Source of the DNA: a virus
DNA: 64,000 nucleotides
IMG/VR virus record: IMGVR_UViG_3300043788_000134
Span: 1-64,000 of that record
Reading direction: 5' to 3' (one strand)
The position numbers and the translations under genes are program-made. The notes below the pieces were generated by a model. It searched no databases. It saw nothing but the letters and a program-made list of their open reading frames with translations, and was not told the DNA's origin. Of this stretch, positions 52,075-60,888 are shown in pieces (the stretch's first letter is position 1; every line of letters begins with the position of its first letter).

Positions 52075-52664
52075 ATCGCCCACTCGTTCGTAATCGTTGT
52101 CGAATCGACGCCCTCTGCCACGCTACTCACATCCGTAGGGTTGTGCAATCCCTGGATGACTCCACTCTCGCTGTATTGCCACAACCAAGGTGCTTTCCAG
52201 CTTTCTTGCACCTCGGCGACTGGGCCATATTCCGCGAGCCAAAGCCGATGCGCGCCGAAGAATGAATCGTTGCCCTGGACTTGCTCTTTCGCCGTAGCCC
52301 CGGAATAGAGAACCGCCGAACGATTAAGCGCGTTCTGGATTTCAGCGAGGAAGCTTTTCGCAATGGTTTCCGATGGTTGAGTCAGTTCCCAATCGAGCGC
52401 GACGAGCGTGGTGTCGTCGGAATCGGCAACCGACAGGAAGTGTTGCGCCTGCACTATCGGATCGCTCATATCCATGAAGTGATAGGCGCCAAATTTCAAA
52501 CCGGCGTTTAAGATCGCAGAACGTCTGGCGGCATAAGCGCCATCCACCATGGATGATCCCTGCGATGCCTTGTGGATAACACCAACAATGCCGGCCGCTT
52601 TGACCTGTGCAAAATCGTAAACGATGTTGCCGTGATAAAGATCGACGACGAGCGGCTGCATCAC
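52071..52664 (-). CDS. glycoside hydrolase family 25 lysozyme (endolysin)
   Basis: 197 aa. VVDLYHGN...GVIHKASQG...GAYHF...ALDWE is a typical GH25 pattern. Confidence 0.75.
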   Translation of the reverse strand: MMQPLVVDLYHGNIVYDFAQVKAAGIVGVIHKASQGSSMVDGAYAARRSAILNAGLKFGAYHFMDMSDPIVQAQHFLSVADSDDTTLVALDWELTQPSETIAKSFLAEIQNALNRSAVLYSGATAKEQVQGNDSFFGAHRLWLAEYGPVAEVQESWKAPWLWQYSESGVIQGLHNPTDVSSVAEGVDSTTITNEWAI

Positions 52665-53317
52665 GGCCCCTGGAATGTCGGACCGGCGGCGATGGCTGCG
52701 GTGCGCAGTTCGGCAATCGATTTCTCGAATTCCTGCGCGGTTCTTATCAGCGCCGGTAGCTGCTCGGGATCGGAAATTACAGACGCAATGACGGCCGGGA
52801 TATCGTCGGTGCCGTTCGGATTGAGCGCGTTGATAACCGCGGGCGGCAGGTTGTCTTCGGCGCCGTCGCTCACAACGCGAAGGCCTATGAAAGGGATATT
52901 TCGTATTTGCGCAAACTGCGCCACGGCGTAAGTTTCATCGTCGATCACTTCGCAGCCGGTTTGCGCGAAAAGTTGTGCCCGCTCCGCGATCGTGTTGGCC
53001 GTATTGAAGTTGCCGGACGACCAGCAGTGGCACTCGTAATATTTCGACGCCGCAAACAATCGCTTGCGCCACGCTACATCGCAAGTGAGGCTTTGTGCCG
53101 GCGTCACGACCGTATCGTAAATGAAAGCCTGACCGATCAGCGCGCGCTCGGAAAGACCGCCGCACAGGCCAAAGCTGATGATGCCTGTACAGGTATAAGG
53201 GATGTTGACGATGAGACTGGAGACGGTTTGTTCGCCGGTCAGAACCAGCACGTCCGGCGCGGCGTATTGCTTCGCCACGGCGTATTCCGAACTCATGCCG
53301 GTCTTGACCGCGATCAC
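52661..53317 (-). CDS. PNP_UDP_1-family phosphorylase/nucleosidase-like protein (MtnN/HpnG-like)
   Basis: ORF 52661-53404. The GTG at 53317 overlaps the upstream stop (VIAVKTGM...). GLCGGLS and VIDDETYAVAQ...IGLRVVSDGAEDNLP motifs. Confidence 0.6.
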   Translation of the reverse strand: MIAVKTGMSSEYAVAKQYAAPDVLVLTGEQTVSSLIVNIPYTCTGIISFGLCGGLSERALIGQAFIYDTVVTPAQSLTCDVAWRKRLFAASKYYECHCWSSGNFNTANTIAERAQLFAQTGCEVIDDETYAVAQFAQIRNIPFIGLRVVSDGAEDNLPPAVINALNPNGTDDIPAVIASVISDPEQLPALIRTAQEFEKSIAELRTAAIAAGPTFQGP

Positions 53318-53487
53318 CCGAACGCTCCGGTCAGTAAGCCAACGACGATGCCGGCGACAACGACCGCAAACGTAAAAATGATGCCGAGCACAATCCACAC
53401 CCATTCGTGGTTGGCATCTACGTCGGGATCGGAATTGACGGGCTTGGCCGTTGTGCCAAGCCGCTCGAATTTTGTGATTTCAGCCAT
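53314..53487 (-). CDS. small membrane protein (57 aa; below ORF-track cutoff)
   Basis: ATG 53487. Sequence MAEITKFERLGTTAKPVNSDPDVDANHEWVWIVLGIIFTFAVVVAGIVVGLLTGAFG. Its stop overlaps the next start. Confidence 0.4.
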   Translation of the reverse strand: MAEITKFERLGTTAKPVNSDPDVDANHEWVWIVLGIIFTFAVVVAGIVVGLLTGAFG

Positions 53488-53752
53488 CGAGCTTATCCGG
53501 ACGATCGCGTTCGACGTAATTCGCGGTCACACCGCGCTCATAGCGTTCCAAAACCTGCACGTGCTGCGACAATAGATGATCGCCGTACATGGTCAATTGC
53601 TGGCCCGCGAACGTCGCCTGCAGCGGCCCCATGAGAACATGGAATTCGTGGCCGTCTTCGGAGAAGAACACGAGCGTCACCTTGTCGGAACCTTTCTCAA
53701 CCCCGACATAGGCCATCGGGTCTTCGATCATGGTAATGTGGCGGTTTTTCAT
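53480..53752 (-). CDS. hypothetical protein
   Basis: ORF track, 90 aa. First gene downstream of element 53791-53839. Confidence 0.5.
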   Translation of the reverse strand: MKNRHITMIEDPMAYVGVEKGSDKVTLVFFSEDGHEFHVLMGPLQATFAGQQLTMYGDHLLSQHVQVLERYERGVTANYVERDRPDKLDG

Positions 53753-53790
53753 GGGTCATGGGGTGACTCTTTGGGGAGTGATTCGCAAGC

Positions 53791-53839
53791 CTTTGGATCA
53801 CGAGAGGGGAGAACGTGTGGATAGTCCGGTTCGGTCACC
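53791..53839 (-). repeat. TGACC-box intergenic element, class B2
   Basis: Reverse complement is GGTGACCGAACCGGACTATCCACACGTTCTCCCCTCTCGTGATCCAAAG, followed by further TCAC..CCAAAG-like iterations before ATG 53752. Confidence 0.85.
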
Positions 53840-54006
53840 GTTCGGTTGTACAAAAAATGGCCGCGCGGGGAACGCACTACGTTCCAACGCCGCTTCTTTT
53901 TCCCCGACAGCGGCGGTTTCCTAAGACCAGAGCATCCGAGCCAGTTACGGGGATGTGATAGTCCGGGGAGGTGTCGGCCGGTTGGTTACGGCTTCCGCGC
54001 GATTCC

Positions 54007-54252
54007 TTAATCTTTCTTCGGCCCCATTCGCCGCAAGCGGTCCACCATGCCGATCAGTTCATGACCGCCCATCGGCGCGTTCCACTGCCCGGTGCCGAAG
54101 AATCTGTCGGCCGGGATTTCGATAGAGCGGCGGCGGCCTTTCTTGCCATTCGCGCCCCAGTAAGCGACCAGTTCCAAGGTGTGCGGCCACTCGTCGTTGG
54201 CTTCATGCGTGACCGCGCGGGCAAGCTGGCCCTCGTTTGTTGCTCGGCTCAT
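54007..54252 (-). CDS. hypothetical protein
   Basis: ORF track, 81 aa. Confidence 0.45.
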   Translation of the reverse strand: MSRATNEGQLARAVTHEANDEWPHTLELVAYWGANGKKGRRRSIEIPADRFFGTGQWNAPMGGHELIGMVDRLRRMGPKKD

Positions 54253-54373
54253 GACTTCCTCTCTTTCTTCTTTGACGGTTTCTTGCGCGGTGGCTTTACC
54301 CGCGCAATACGCGCCATTATTTCCTCAAATCTCATGCCGGCGCGAAATGGCGAACGCGCGACGATGCCCTTGG

Positions 54374-55270
54374 TCACGCGATCAGTCCTTTATAGGTCAG
54401 ACGACCTTCGACTTCGGAGCAAAATTGTTTGATGCGCTCCCCGCCGCTCATACCGCGTCGACTCATGCGCCATGCCATTTCGTCAAGGTATTTTTGCAAA
54501 TGTTTTGGCGATACCCAATGATGGGTGCCATTAATTTGCCGCTTCAATTGCGACCAAACGGCCTCAATCGTTTGTGTGTTTGCTTCTCCACTCCGGCCTT
54601 CACCCTTAGAATGATTGACCATCGCGTGCTTTGCAACATCTAAACTGCGATAGGCGCGTCCCGAATCCGTCACCAACTCAGCATCGGGTGACACGATATC
54701 GTCGACAAACTGCTGCGCTTCCGGCTTACCAAGACCTAGCGGCGCAACCCGCGCCACAACCCGACCCTTACGTTCGGCCGCAGCGATGACTTGCGTTTTG
54801 CCGTAGGCACTTTTGCCGCCGCTACCGAAAAAACCATCATCCACTTCAACAACTCCAGAAAGCGGCTTATTAAACGACTTGTTTCGCGCGGCGTAGCGAA
54901 GACGGTGAAGAACAAACCACGCGCTAGGCTGAGAAATGCCTAAATCCTTAGCCAGGGTCGTAGATGCAATCCCTTTTGGGTGATTAGCCAAAAGCCATAT
55001 CGCGCCGAACCATATCCGCAGCGGCAATTTGGTATCGCCAAAGATCGTTCCGACGGTCACAGAAAAATTGCTGCGGCATTTGCTGCACTTATAGGCTTTT
55101 TTTCCTGCCTTTTGTATTGTGTAGATTTTCTCACGAGAAGCACAGTAGGGGCAGAACTTGCCGTCTTTCCATCGGATGGCCGCAAAATATTCCACGGCGG
55201 CTTCTGGCTTGCGAAAAGCAATCATCAAATCCGGCAGCGTTTTGAATTGGTCAATCATCGTCCGCTCCAC
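54374..55270 (-). CDS. IS1595-family (ISXO2-like DDE) transposase, second and divergent copy
   Basis: 298 aa. Zn-ribbon CPYC...CSKC. NTQTIEAVWSQLKRQINGTHHWVSPKHLQKYLDEMAWRMSRR. The element's ends were not resolved. Confidence 0.85.
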   Translation of the reverse strand: MERTMIDQFKTLPDLMIAFRKPEAAVEYFAAIRWKDGKFCPYCASREKIYTIQKAGKKAYKCSKCRSNFSVTVGTIFGDTKLPLRIWFGAIWLLANHPKGIASTTLAKDLGISQPSAWFVLHRLRYAARNKSFNKPLSGVVEVDDGFFGSGGKSAYGKTQVIAAAERKGRVVARVAPLGLGKPEAQQFVDDIVSPDAELVTDSGRAYRSLDVAKHAMVNHSKGEGRSGEANTQTIEAVWSQLKRQINGTHHWVSPKHLQKYLDEMAWRMSRRGMSGGERIKQFCSEVEGRLTYKGLIA

Positions 55271-55524
55271 TCTGTTTACGCAATCATAATACCGCGAAAA
55301 AGCCCGGTGTCAACATCTATCTAGGCCTGTATCGCGGTATTGCCACCAGTCCACCGCTGTCCTAGCCTTACGATATTCCGTCGATTCGCCCTCGGCAGCG
55401 CCTGCCGGGCCTGCGGAAGTCTAAACCCGCCTCACTTTGCGCGCCGCGAAGGGACGGGCTTCACCTGCAACCCGCAGGATGGGGCCGCGTACTTGGCGGC
55501 TATCCTGCCTCATTGGAGGCCCAA

Positions 55525-55818
55525 ATGGACCCGACCGACGAACGCTGGAATGAGTTCGAACGCCTTGAAGAAATCCAAGTCCGCAAAAACCTAGCAAACC
55601 GCATTTATAGCGAAGAAAAAACATTGCTTGCCGAGCAATGGCTAGCTCATTCTGACGGACTTCGACGCGCTGCTGAGTTTGCCAAGATTGACGCTTCCAA
55701 TCTGGAGCAAATTCGCGTGGCGCGCAGTGCAAAAAATGCAGCGTGGACAGCAGCAATCACGGCGATAATTGCAGCAATAATTGCGGCGATTTGCGCTGTC
55801 ATCGCCGCCACTCACTAG
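55525..55818 (+). CDS. hypothetical membrane-anchored protein (opposite strand to neighbours)
   Basis: ORF 55513-55818. ATG 55525 follows TTGGAGG. C-terminal TM segment AAWTAAITAIIAAIIAAICAVIAA. Confidence 0.45.
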   Translation: MDPTDERWNEFERLEEIQVRKNLANRIYSEEKTLLAEQWLAHSDGLRRAAEFAKIDASNLEQIRVARSAKNAAWTAAITAIIAAIIAAICAVIAATH

Positions 55819-55893
55819 GAGTCTGTCCCGACTCGCCATTCTGGCCTTTGGGTGCAACTGCGCGATAGTCGCCATTCTCATCATTTTTCATGG

Positions 55894-57441
55894 TTAGCCT
55901 TTCCTAAAACGACCATTCGGGTGACCGTGTTGCGCCCCACTATCCACAGGCCTCTCATGACCCACATCTTCCTTGCCCTTTCGCCCCGATTCAGGCTTAA
56001 TCCCTCCCCCATGCGCAAAGCCCTGCTTTTGGCGTACTGCACCGCCTGTATTTTGCTGTTGTTCTACCCCTGGAACGCTGTTTTGCTGGGCCTGTGCTTC
56101 TACCGCAGCCGGGCCTTGGACGAATGGGCGTACCGCCTGTGCCAAGGGCGGAAGCGCCAAGCGCCCTCCGCTCAAGTCGGGCCGCGCCGTCTGGGCCATA
56201 GCAGCGGCTTGCCGCTGCTGTCCCAGGGGCGACCGCATACGGATCGATTCACCGAGATCGGCGGCTTTTCCCATCGCCATGGAATTCGACATCTTGCGGA
56301 GCGCCCAACCGGCGATCGGAGCTAAGGCAGTCACCCCATGAGTCGCTAGTGCTCCCATGCCGTACATCGCCGTCAGCAATCCGCCGCCGCCGCCCAAGAT
56401 ATTTCCCGCGTGGCGCATGGTATTTTCAAGCGGCGTTCCCTCCGCGATTTGCCTAACCTGATCCATTTCATCGGGTGTTAGGCCCCGTCCGAGCTTCGGA
56501 TTGCTCGCAATATCGACCATGCGCTGGCGAATCGTATTGGCGATATTCATCCCGGAGTTTGCCGCCTTGGCGCGCAAATACGCCTTGGTCATCCGCTGAT
56601 CCAAATCCGCCGCCCGCGCCATGGCCGCATAGTTGCCATTGGCTTGCTGTAGGATTTGCGCCGCAGCTTGCGGATTACCTTGAATCACGTCCGCAGCGGG
56701 CAGATTGGATAGAAACTCGTCAAGGTGTTGTTGCGCCGACTTAGCCGCCAGCCGTTCAGTCGGATCAATTGAGCCGGCCGCATTTCCCAACGTGCGGCGC
56801 AGACTACGCAGATTATCCACCGTCAAGAACGGCTGCGGACCTCCATCATCGCCTTGGGGCACTTTTTCAAGCTTGCCGAGGATGCCAAAGGTTTTCGGCG
56901 CGAGATTTTCGTCGATCCCAGCTTCATTCAAATTGGTTTGGATTTCTTGACTGAGGCGCGGCCCCGCCGCCGCGTGAATCTGCACGTTTGCGACCGTCGG
57001 CGATTCGTAGCCGGCAACGGCCGCACCCTTTAATTCCGGGATAGTTGGTGCTGTTGCTTCTCCGACGGAACGCGGCGTCAAAGCAACACCGGCAACACCT
57101 TCGCCCGCCCGGGCGGCCACTGACGAAGGACTGGTAAAGCCCGCTAGGCTGCTCGCCCTGTCAGCTATTTCTGCATTCGTTGCTTGCAGCCGAGCCTCAT
57201 CTTCGTCCGACCACATGCCGGGCTTGCTTGGCACAACATCGGTCGCGCCCGACGCGACATCACCCGGCAATGTTGCTCCTTGATAGGCACTTTTGACCAA
57301 TTGCGCCGGCCACGTCTGCATGAGCTTCTGGCCGACCGACGGTGCCTGTGCCGCGGGTTCCGAAGGAGAATCGCTCGGCAACGTAAAAGCCTGCGGTGCC
57401 GCGGGCGCGTCGCTCGGCAATACAAAATCGTCGGGCATCAC
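55894..57441 (-). CDS. virion/ejection-associated protein (515 aa)
   Basis: ORF track. ATGA overlap with the upstream 1146-aa gene. The 3' end reads through element 55920-55966. Confidence 0.6.
   Translation of the reverse strand: MMPDDFVLPSDAPAAPQAFTLPSDSPSEPAAQAPSVGQKLMQTWPAQLVKSAYQGATLPGDVASGATDVVPSKPGMWSDEDEARLQATNAEIADRASSLAGFTSPSSVAARAGEGVAGVALTPRSVGEATAPTIPELKGAAVAGYESPTVANVQIHAAAGPRLSQEIQTNLNEAGIDENLAPKTFGILGKLEKVPQGDDGGPQPFLTVDNLRSLRRTLGNAAGSIDPTERLAAKSAQQHLDEFLSNLPAADVIQGNPQAAAQILQQANGNYAAMARAADLDQRMTKAYLRAKAANSGMNIANTIRQRMVDIASNPKLGRGLTPDEMDQVRQIAEGTPLENTMRHAGNILGGGGGLLTAMYGMGALATHGVTALAPIAGWALRKMSNSMAMGKAADLGESIRMRSPLGQQRQAAAMAQTARPDLSGGRLALPPLAQAVRPFVQGPAAVEAQAQQNSVPGVEQQQNTGGAVRQKQGFAHGGGIKPESGRKGKEDVGHERPVDSGAQHGHPNGRFRKG
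55920..55966 (+). repeat. TGACC-box intergenic element, class B
   Basis: GGTGACCGTGTTGCGCCCCACTATCCACAGGCCTCTCATGACCCACA. Antisense. Lies within the 3' end of 55894-57441. Confidence 0.75.
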
Positions 57442-60400
57442 TGTGTTCCCAACAGCCGAGCCGCCGTTCCTTGGCCGTATTTCCTATCGATCGCCGCGAC
57501 AGCAGCAGGATTGTTGGCATTGGCCTTAAGTGCTGCGGCATCGCGCGGATCAATGCCGCGCCCAGCCTCGGTAGGCGCGGGCGCTTCCTCACCCATCCTT
57601 GAGAAGATTGCTCTTGCTTTAGGCGACACAAAGAAATCAGAAGGAACGCTGGTGCCAAATCCACGGTTCCATTGGTCAGCAACAGAATCCATCTGACCCC
57701 GAATGATATTGACGAGACGGCCGTTTATGGTTCGCCGTTCGTCGGACGCTAGACCTGGCGTCATGTTAGAACGCCATTCTTTTATTTGCGACTCCGTACC
57801 TGGAGCGCCCTTCAATGCAAGCGCCGTTTCGCCAGATACGGCGTCCGCGTCAAGGTTGACAGCACCAATACGCGGGTCTTGCTCCGCACCAAGCCACGCA
57901 GCCCTTCCGCGATTAGCCACGCCAGTTAACGGACCAAAGGTTCCAGATTGCCAGTTGTTCAAAGACTCTTGGTCCCTGTCCAACTGATCCAGATGGTTGG
58001 CTACCGTATTGAAACGACGAATCACGTTACGCGCCGTGATTCCAGAAGTCATTTCCTTTAACAGCGCGTTTCGTTGCGACCATTTTGCCGCATCGAAGCC
58101 GTCTGGGTCATAGAGCGCAGCCGCAGAAAGCATATTTTGCCAAAACGGCTTTGCCAGAGCAAACGAAGTAGGTGGCGAAATTTTTCCCTGCACCATCAAA
58201 TGCACTAAGGCTTTTTGTCCGGGTGTTAGTCCATCCAATGCCTGTTCGTTGAGCTGTTTGCCTTGTAATGGGTTTTGATAAAGTTCCGGCGACAGGTCTG
58301 GACTCGGAGATACCACACCACTGCGAATGCCGCCCTGTTGCAGGATTTGCGAAAGTTCCGCCTGCGCCTGCGGCGTGTTATCCTCGTTCATCGCCAGTTG
58401 GACCGGCTTGCCGTTTGGTCCCGTCTGCGTTGCCTGCCCTATTGGTCCCGTCTGTCCGCTTGGCGAAACCGCCCCAGGTACTCCAAGCGACGTGCCCGTG
58501 ATCGGCTTCATTGTGATAGGATCAAGAAAGCCGCCACCATTGGGAGCGCGAACTCCCATGATCGGATTGCCCATCATGTCATGTCCGACCGTGACAGGCT
58601 GCGATTCCTCTCTCTGTTCTGCCCGCTGCTTGAATTCCAGGTCGGCCTTTTGCGCTGCCGTCATCTCGCTATACGGCCGCGTTTCCGCGGCGACCTTATC
58701 CTGCTCCGCCTTGGCCGCCTGATCGAGTTGCCGGACTTTCAATGCAATGTCGGACTGCTGCTCTTGCTCCGATTGATGTTGTTTCTGTAGCGCGCCGTAT
58801 TCCGAAAGACCCGTTTCAACGCCCTGTCCAATACCTACACCGGCATAGGGCGAGCGTGATGCCAGCGCGCCGGCACCGGCCGCCATCAGCGATTGATAGA
58901 AGTCTGGCGAGAGACCGAGAAAACCCGGTTGCTGTTGACCGCGCACCGGGGCAACCGCTCCGCTCGGCGCGGTTTCCTGTGGCGCGAGTTCTTGCGGTGC
59001 AGCTAAGCCGCCTGTGGGCTGACCCTCGGCGTAGCCCATGGCGGGAGACGCCGCTTGGGTTGTTGGCGACCCAAGAATTTCAGGCGGCAGCGCATCGGGA
59101 GCGCCAACGCCTGCCGTTGATTGTGCCGGCGCGTAGGGATTCTGCTGCCCATAGGCCGCACCAGAACCTATATTGGGATACTCCAAAGCCGCATCCTGCG
59201 CCGCCGCCGCATGGTAAGCCTGCATGGTGCTCGGATTGGACACGATGTCGCGCTGCGGCGAACTCAAACCGCCGGGTGGCACCAGCACTTGCGGATTTGA
59301 TCCAAACGCCGCGTCAAAATATTCCTGATCGTAGGGCGTACCGCCATCGGCAAAGCCACCGCGCGCTCGGCGAAGAAACGACGGCAAGCCCAAACCTGCG
59401 CGTACCGGCACGCCGCCGCCGCGATTATAGATCATGTTGTCGCTGATATCGCCGGTCGGTTCGGCAACTGGCGAAAACCCCAAATTCTGCGATGGATTGG
59501 ACGATGGCAAAATGCCTGTGCTGCCGCTGCCGAACCCGCTGGCAAGCCCCGCGGCGTTCTTGAACATCTGCTGCGCCGACTGGACACCGCTTTGTCCCTG
59601 GTTTTGATTCGGGATTTGCGGCGGACGCGGCGGACCGGGACCGCGCGTGATACCCAAGCCGGGAATCCAGCTTGGACCACCCGTGTAAGGCGTTGACGGC
59701 GTACCATAACCGCCGCCGAACAGCGGATAAGCCGCATTGCCGCCCGTCGCCAAACCTTTGACGGGACCGCCCAACGCCCGCCGCACCGCCTCTTTGGTTG
59801 CGGCGTCATAATCGACCACTTTCAAACCATCGCCGGTCGAGACAGCTTCGGGATGTTTTTTCTCGACCTCCTGCGCGATCAAGCCGATGCGGGTAGCAGT
59901 ATCGCCCTTGTAATTGAAGCGGTAGATGTTCTGCCCGTCATGCAGCTTGCCGATTTTTTTGATATTTTCCTTGGCGCGTTTATCGGACAAGAATGCGCCG
60001 AGTCCGGCGATGGCGCTTGTGCCGCCCGCGCTTGACGAAAACAGACTGCCGAGCGAGCCGAGTCCCAACGCCCCATAACCGAAATCCTGCGCAAGTTGGC
60101 TTGGCGCCGGGGCCGTTGTTTCCGACGTACCGCCAAGTTGCGACCCGACGCCGGTATCGATGCCCGCCTCAAACGAAAGCTGCTGATAGGGATAGGCCTG
60201 CTGCTGCAAGAACTGCTGATAAGCCGCCGTGTCCTGCGCCTGCTGCGTTTGCTGTTCAAGCGTTCCCGCGCCGACTTGTGCGTTGGCTCCCGTAAGCGCC
60301 GCATTCTCTCCCGACACACCAAGATTGCCGAGCGAATAAGCGCCCTGCGCCTGCGCTTGCTGTTCCTGCAACGCCGTGGAAAGCGCCGTGTTGTAGCCTT

Positions 60401-60878
60401 GGCTTTCCAGTCCTGCAATCACGGGCGCCTCTTGCGCCTGCTGCTGGCCCGCAAGTACCGATTGGGCCACCGCCGTTCGATCGCCGCCAAGCGCACCCTG
60501 CGCTGCCGCATTACCCAATACCTGTTGCTGCTGCTGCGCATTGGTGTTGGCGAATTGTTGCTCGGTCGAATTGACGACCTGCTGCGTATAAGGATTTTCG
60601 TAGTTCTGAATCTGCTGGCCGGTTATAGGCGAAGCGGCGGCCGTCGCCAGCCCGGCGGCCTGCTGGATATAGGGCTGCGCGTACTGCGCATATTGGTTGA
60701 TGCCGCCTATGCCGGCCTGCTGCTGTTGGTTGACAGGTGCCGTCAATTCGCCAGTGTAGGGCGTGTACGGCGTGGCCGCGACTTGACCCGCCTGTGAAAT
60801 CAAATTCTGATACGCCGCCCCGGCAACCGGATTAGGCGCGGTCGATGTGGTGGTGGTGTTGCTGCCCTTTGAGCCCAC
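57438..60878 (-). CDS. large Q/G/A-rich fibre/ejection protein with internal Peptidase_S74 (intramolecular chaperone) domain
   Basis: ORF 57438-60908. Likely GTG 60878 after AGGATAGG. LSDKRAKENIKKIG...IGLIAQEVEKKHPEAV, at about nt 59783-59990, matches the S74 auto-processing chaperone motif. Confidence 0.7.
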   Translation of the reverse strand: MGSKGSNTTTTSTAPNPVAGAAYQNLISQAGQVAATPYTPYTGELTAPVNQQQQAGIGGINQYAQYAQPYIQQAAGLATAAASPITGQQIQNYENPYTQQVVNSTEQQFANTNAQQQQQVLGNAAAQGALGGDRTAVAQSVLAGQQQAQEAPVIAGLESQGYNTALSTALQEQQAQAQGAYSLGNLGVSGENAALTGANAQVGAGTLEQQTQQAQDTAAYQQFLQQQAYPYQQLSFEAGIDTGVGSQLGGTSETTAPAPSQLAQDFGYGALGLGSLGSLFSSSAGGTSAIAGLGAFLSDKRAKENIKKIGKLHDGQNIYRFNYKGDTATRIGLIAQEVEKKHPEAVSTGDGLKVVDYDAATKEAVRRALGGPVKGLATGGNAAYPLFGGGYGTPSTPYTGGPSWIPGLGITRGPGPPRPPQIPNQNQGQSGVQSAQQMFKNAAGLASGFGSGSTGILPSSNPSQNLGFSPVAEPTGDISDNMIYNRGGGVPVRAGLGLPSFLRRARGGFADGGTPYDQEYFDAAFGSNPQVLVPPGGLSSPQRDIVSNPSTMQAYHAAAAQDAALEYPNIGSGAAYGQQNPYAPAQSTAGVGAPDALPPEILGSPTTQAASPAMGYAEGQPTGGLAAPQELAPQETAPSGAVAPVRGQQQPGFLGLSPDFYQSLMAAGAGALASRSPYAGVGIGQGVETGLSEYGALQKQHQSEQEQQSDIALKVRQLDQAAKAEQDKVAAETRPYSEMTAAQKADLEFKQRAEQREESQPVTVGHDMMGNPIMGVRAPNGGGFLDPITMKPITGTSLGVPGAVSPSGQTGPIGQATQTGPNGKPVQLAMNEDNTPQAQAELSQILQQGGIRSGVVSPSPDLSPELYQNPLQGKQLNEQALDGLTPGQKALVHLMVQGKISPPTSFALAKPFWQNMLSAAALYDPDGFDAAKWSQRNALLKEMTSGITARNVIRRFNTVANHLDQLDRDQESLNNWQSGTFGPLTGVANRGRAAWLGAEQDPRIGAVNLDADAVSGETALALKGAPGTESQIKEWRSNMTPGLASDERRTINGRLVNIIRGQMDSVADQWNRGFGTSVPSDFFVSPKARAIFSRMGEEAPAPTEAGRGIDPRDAAALKANANNPAAVAAIDRKYGQGTAARLLGTQ

Positions 60879-60888
60879 GGCGCCTATC

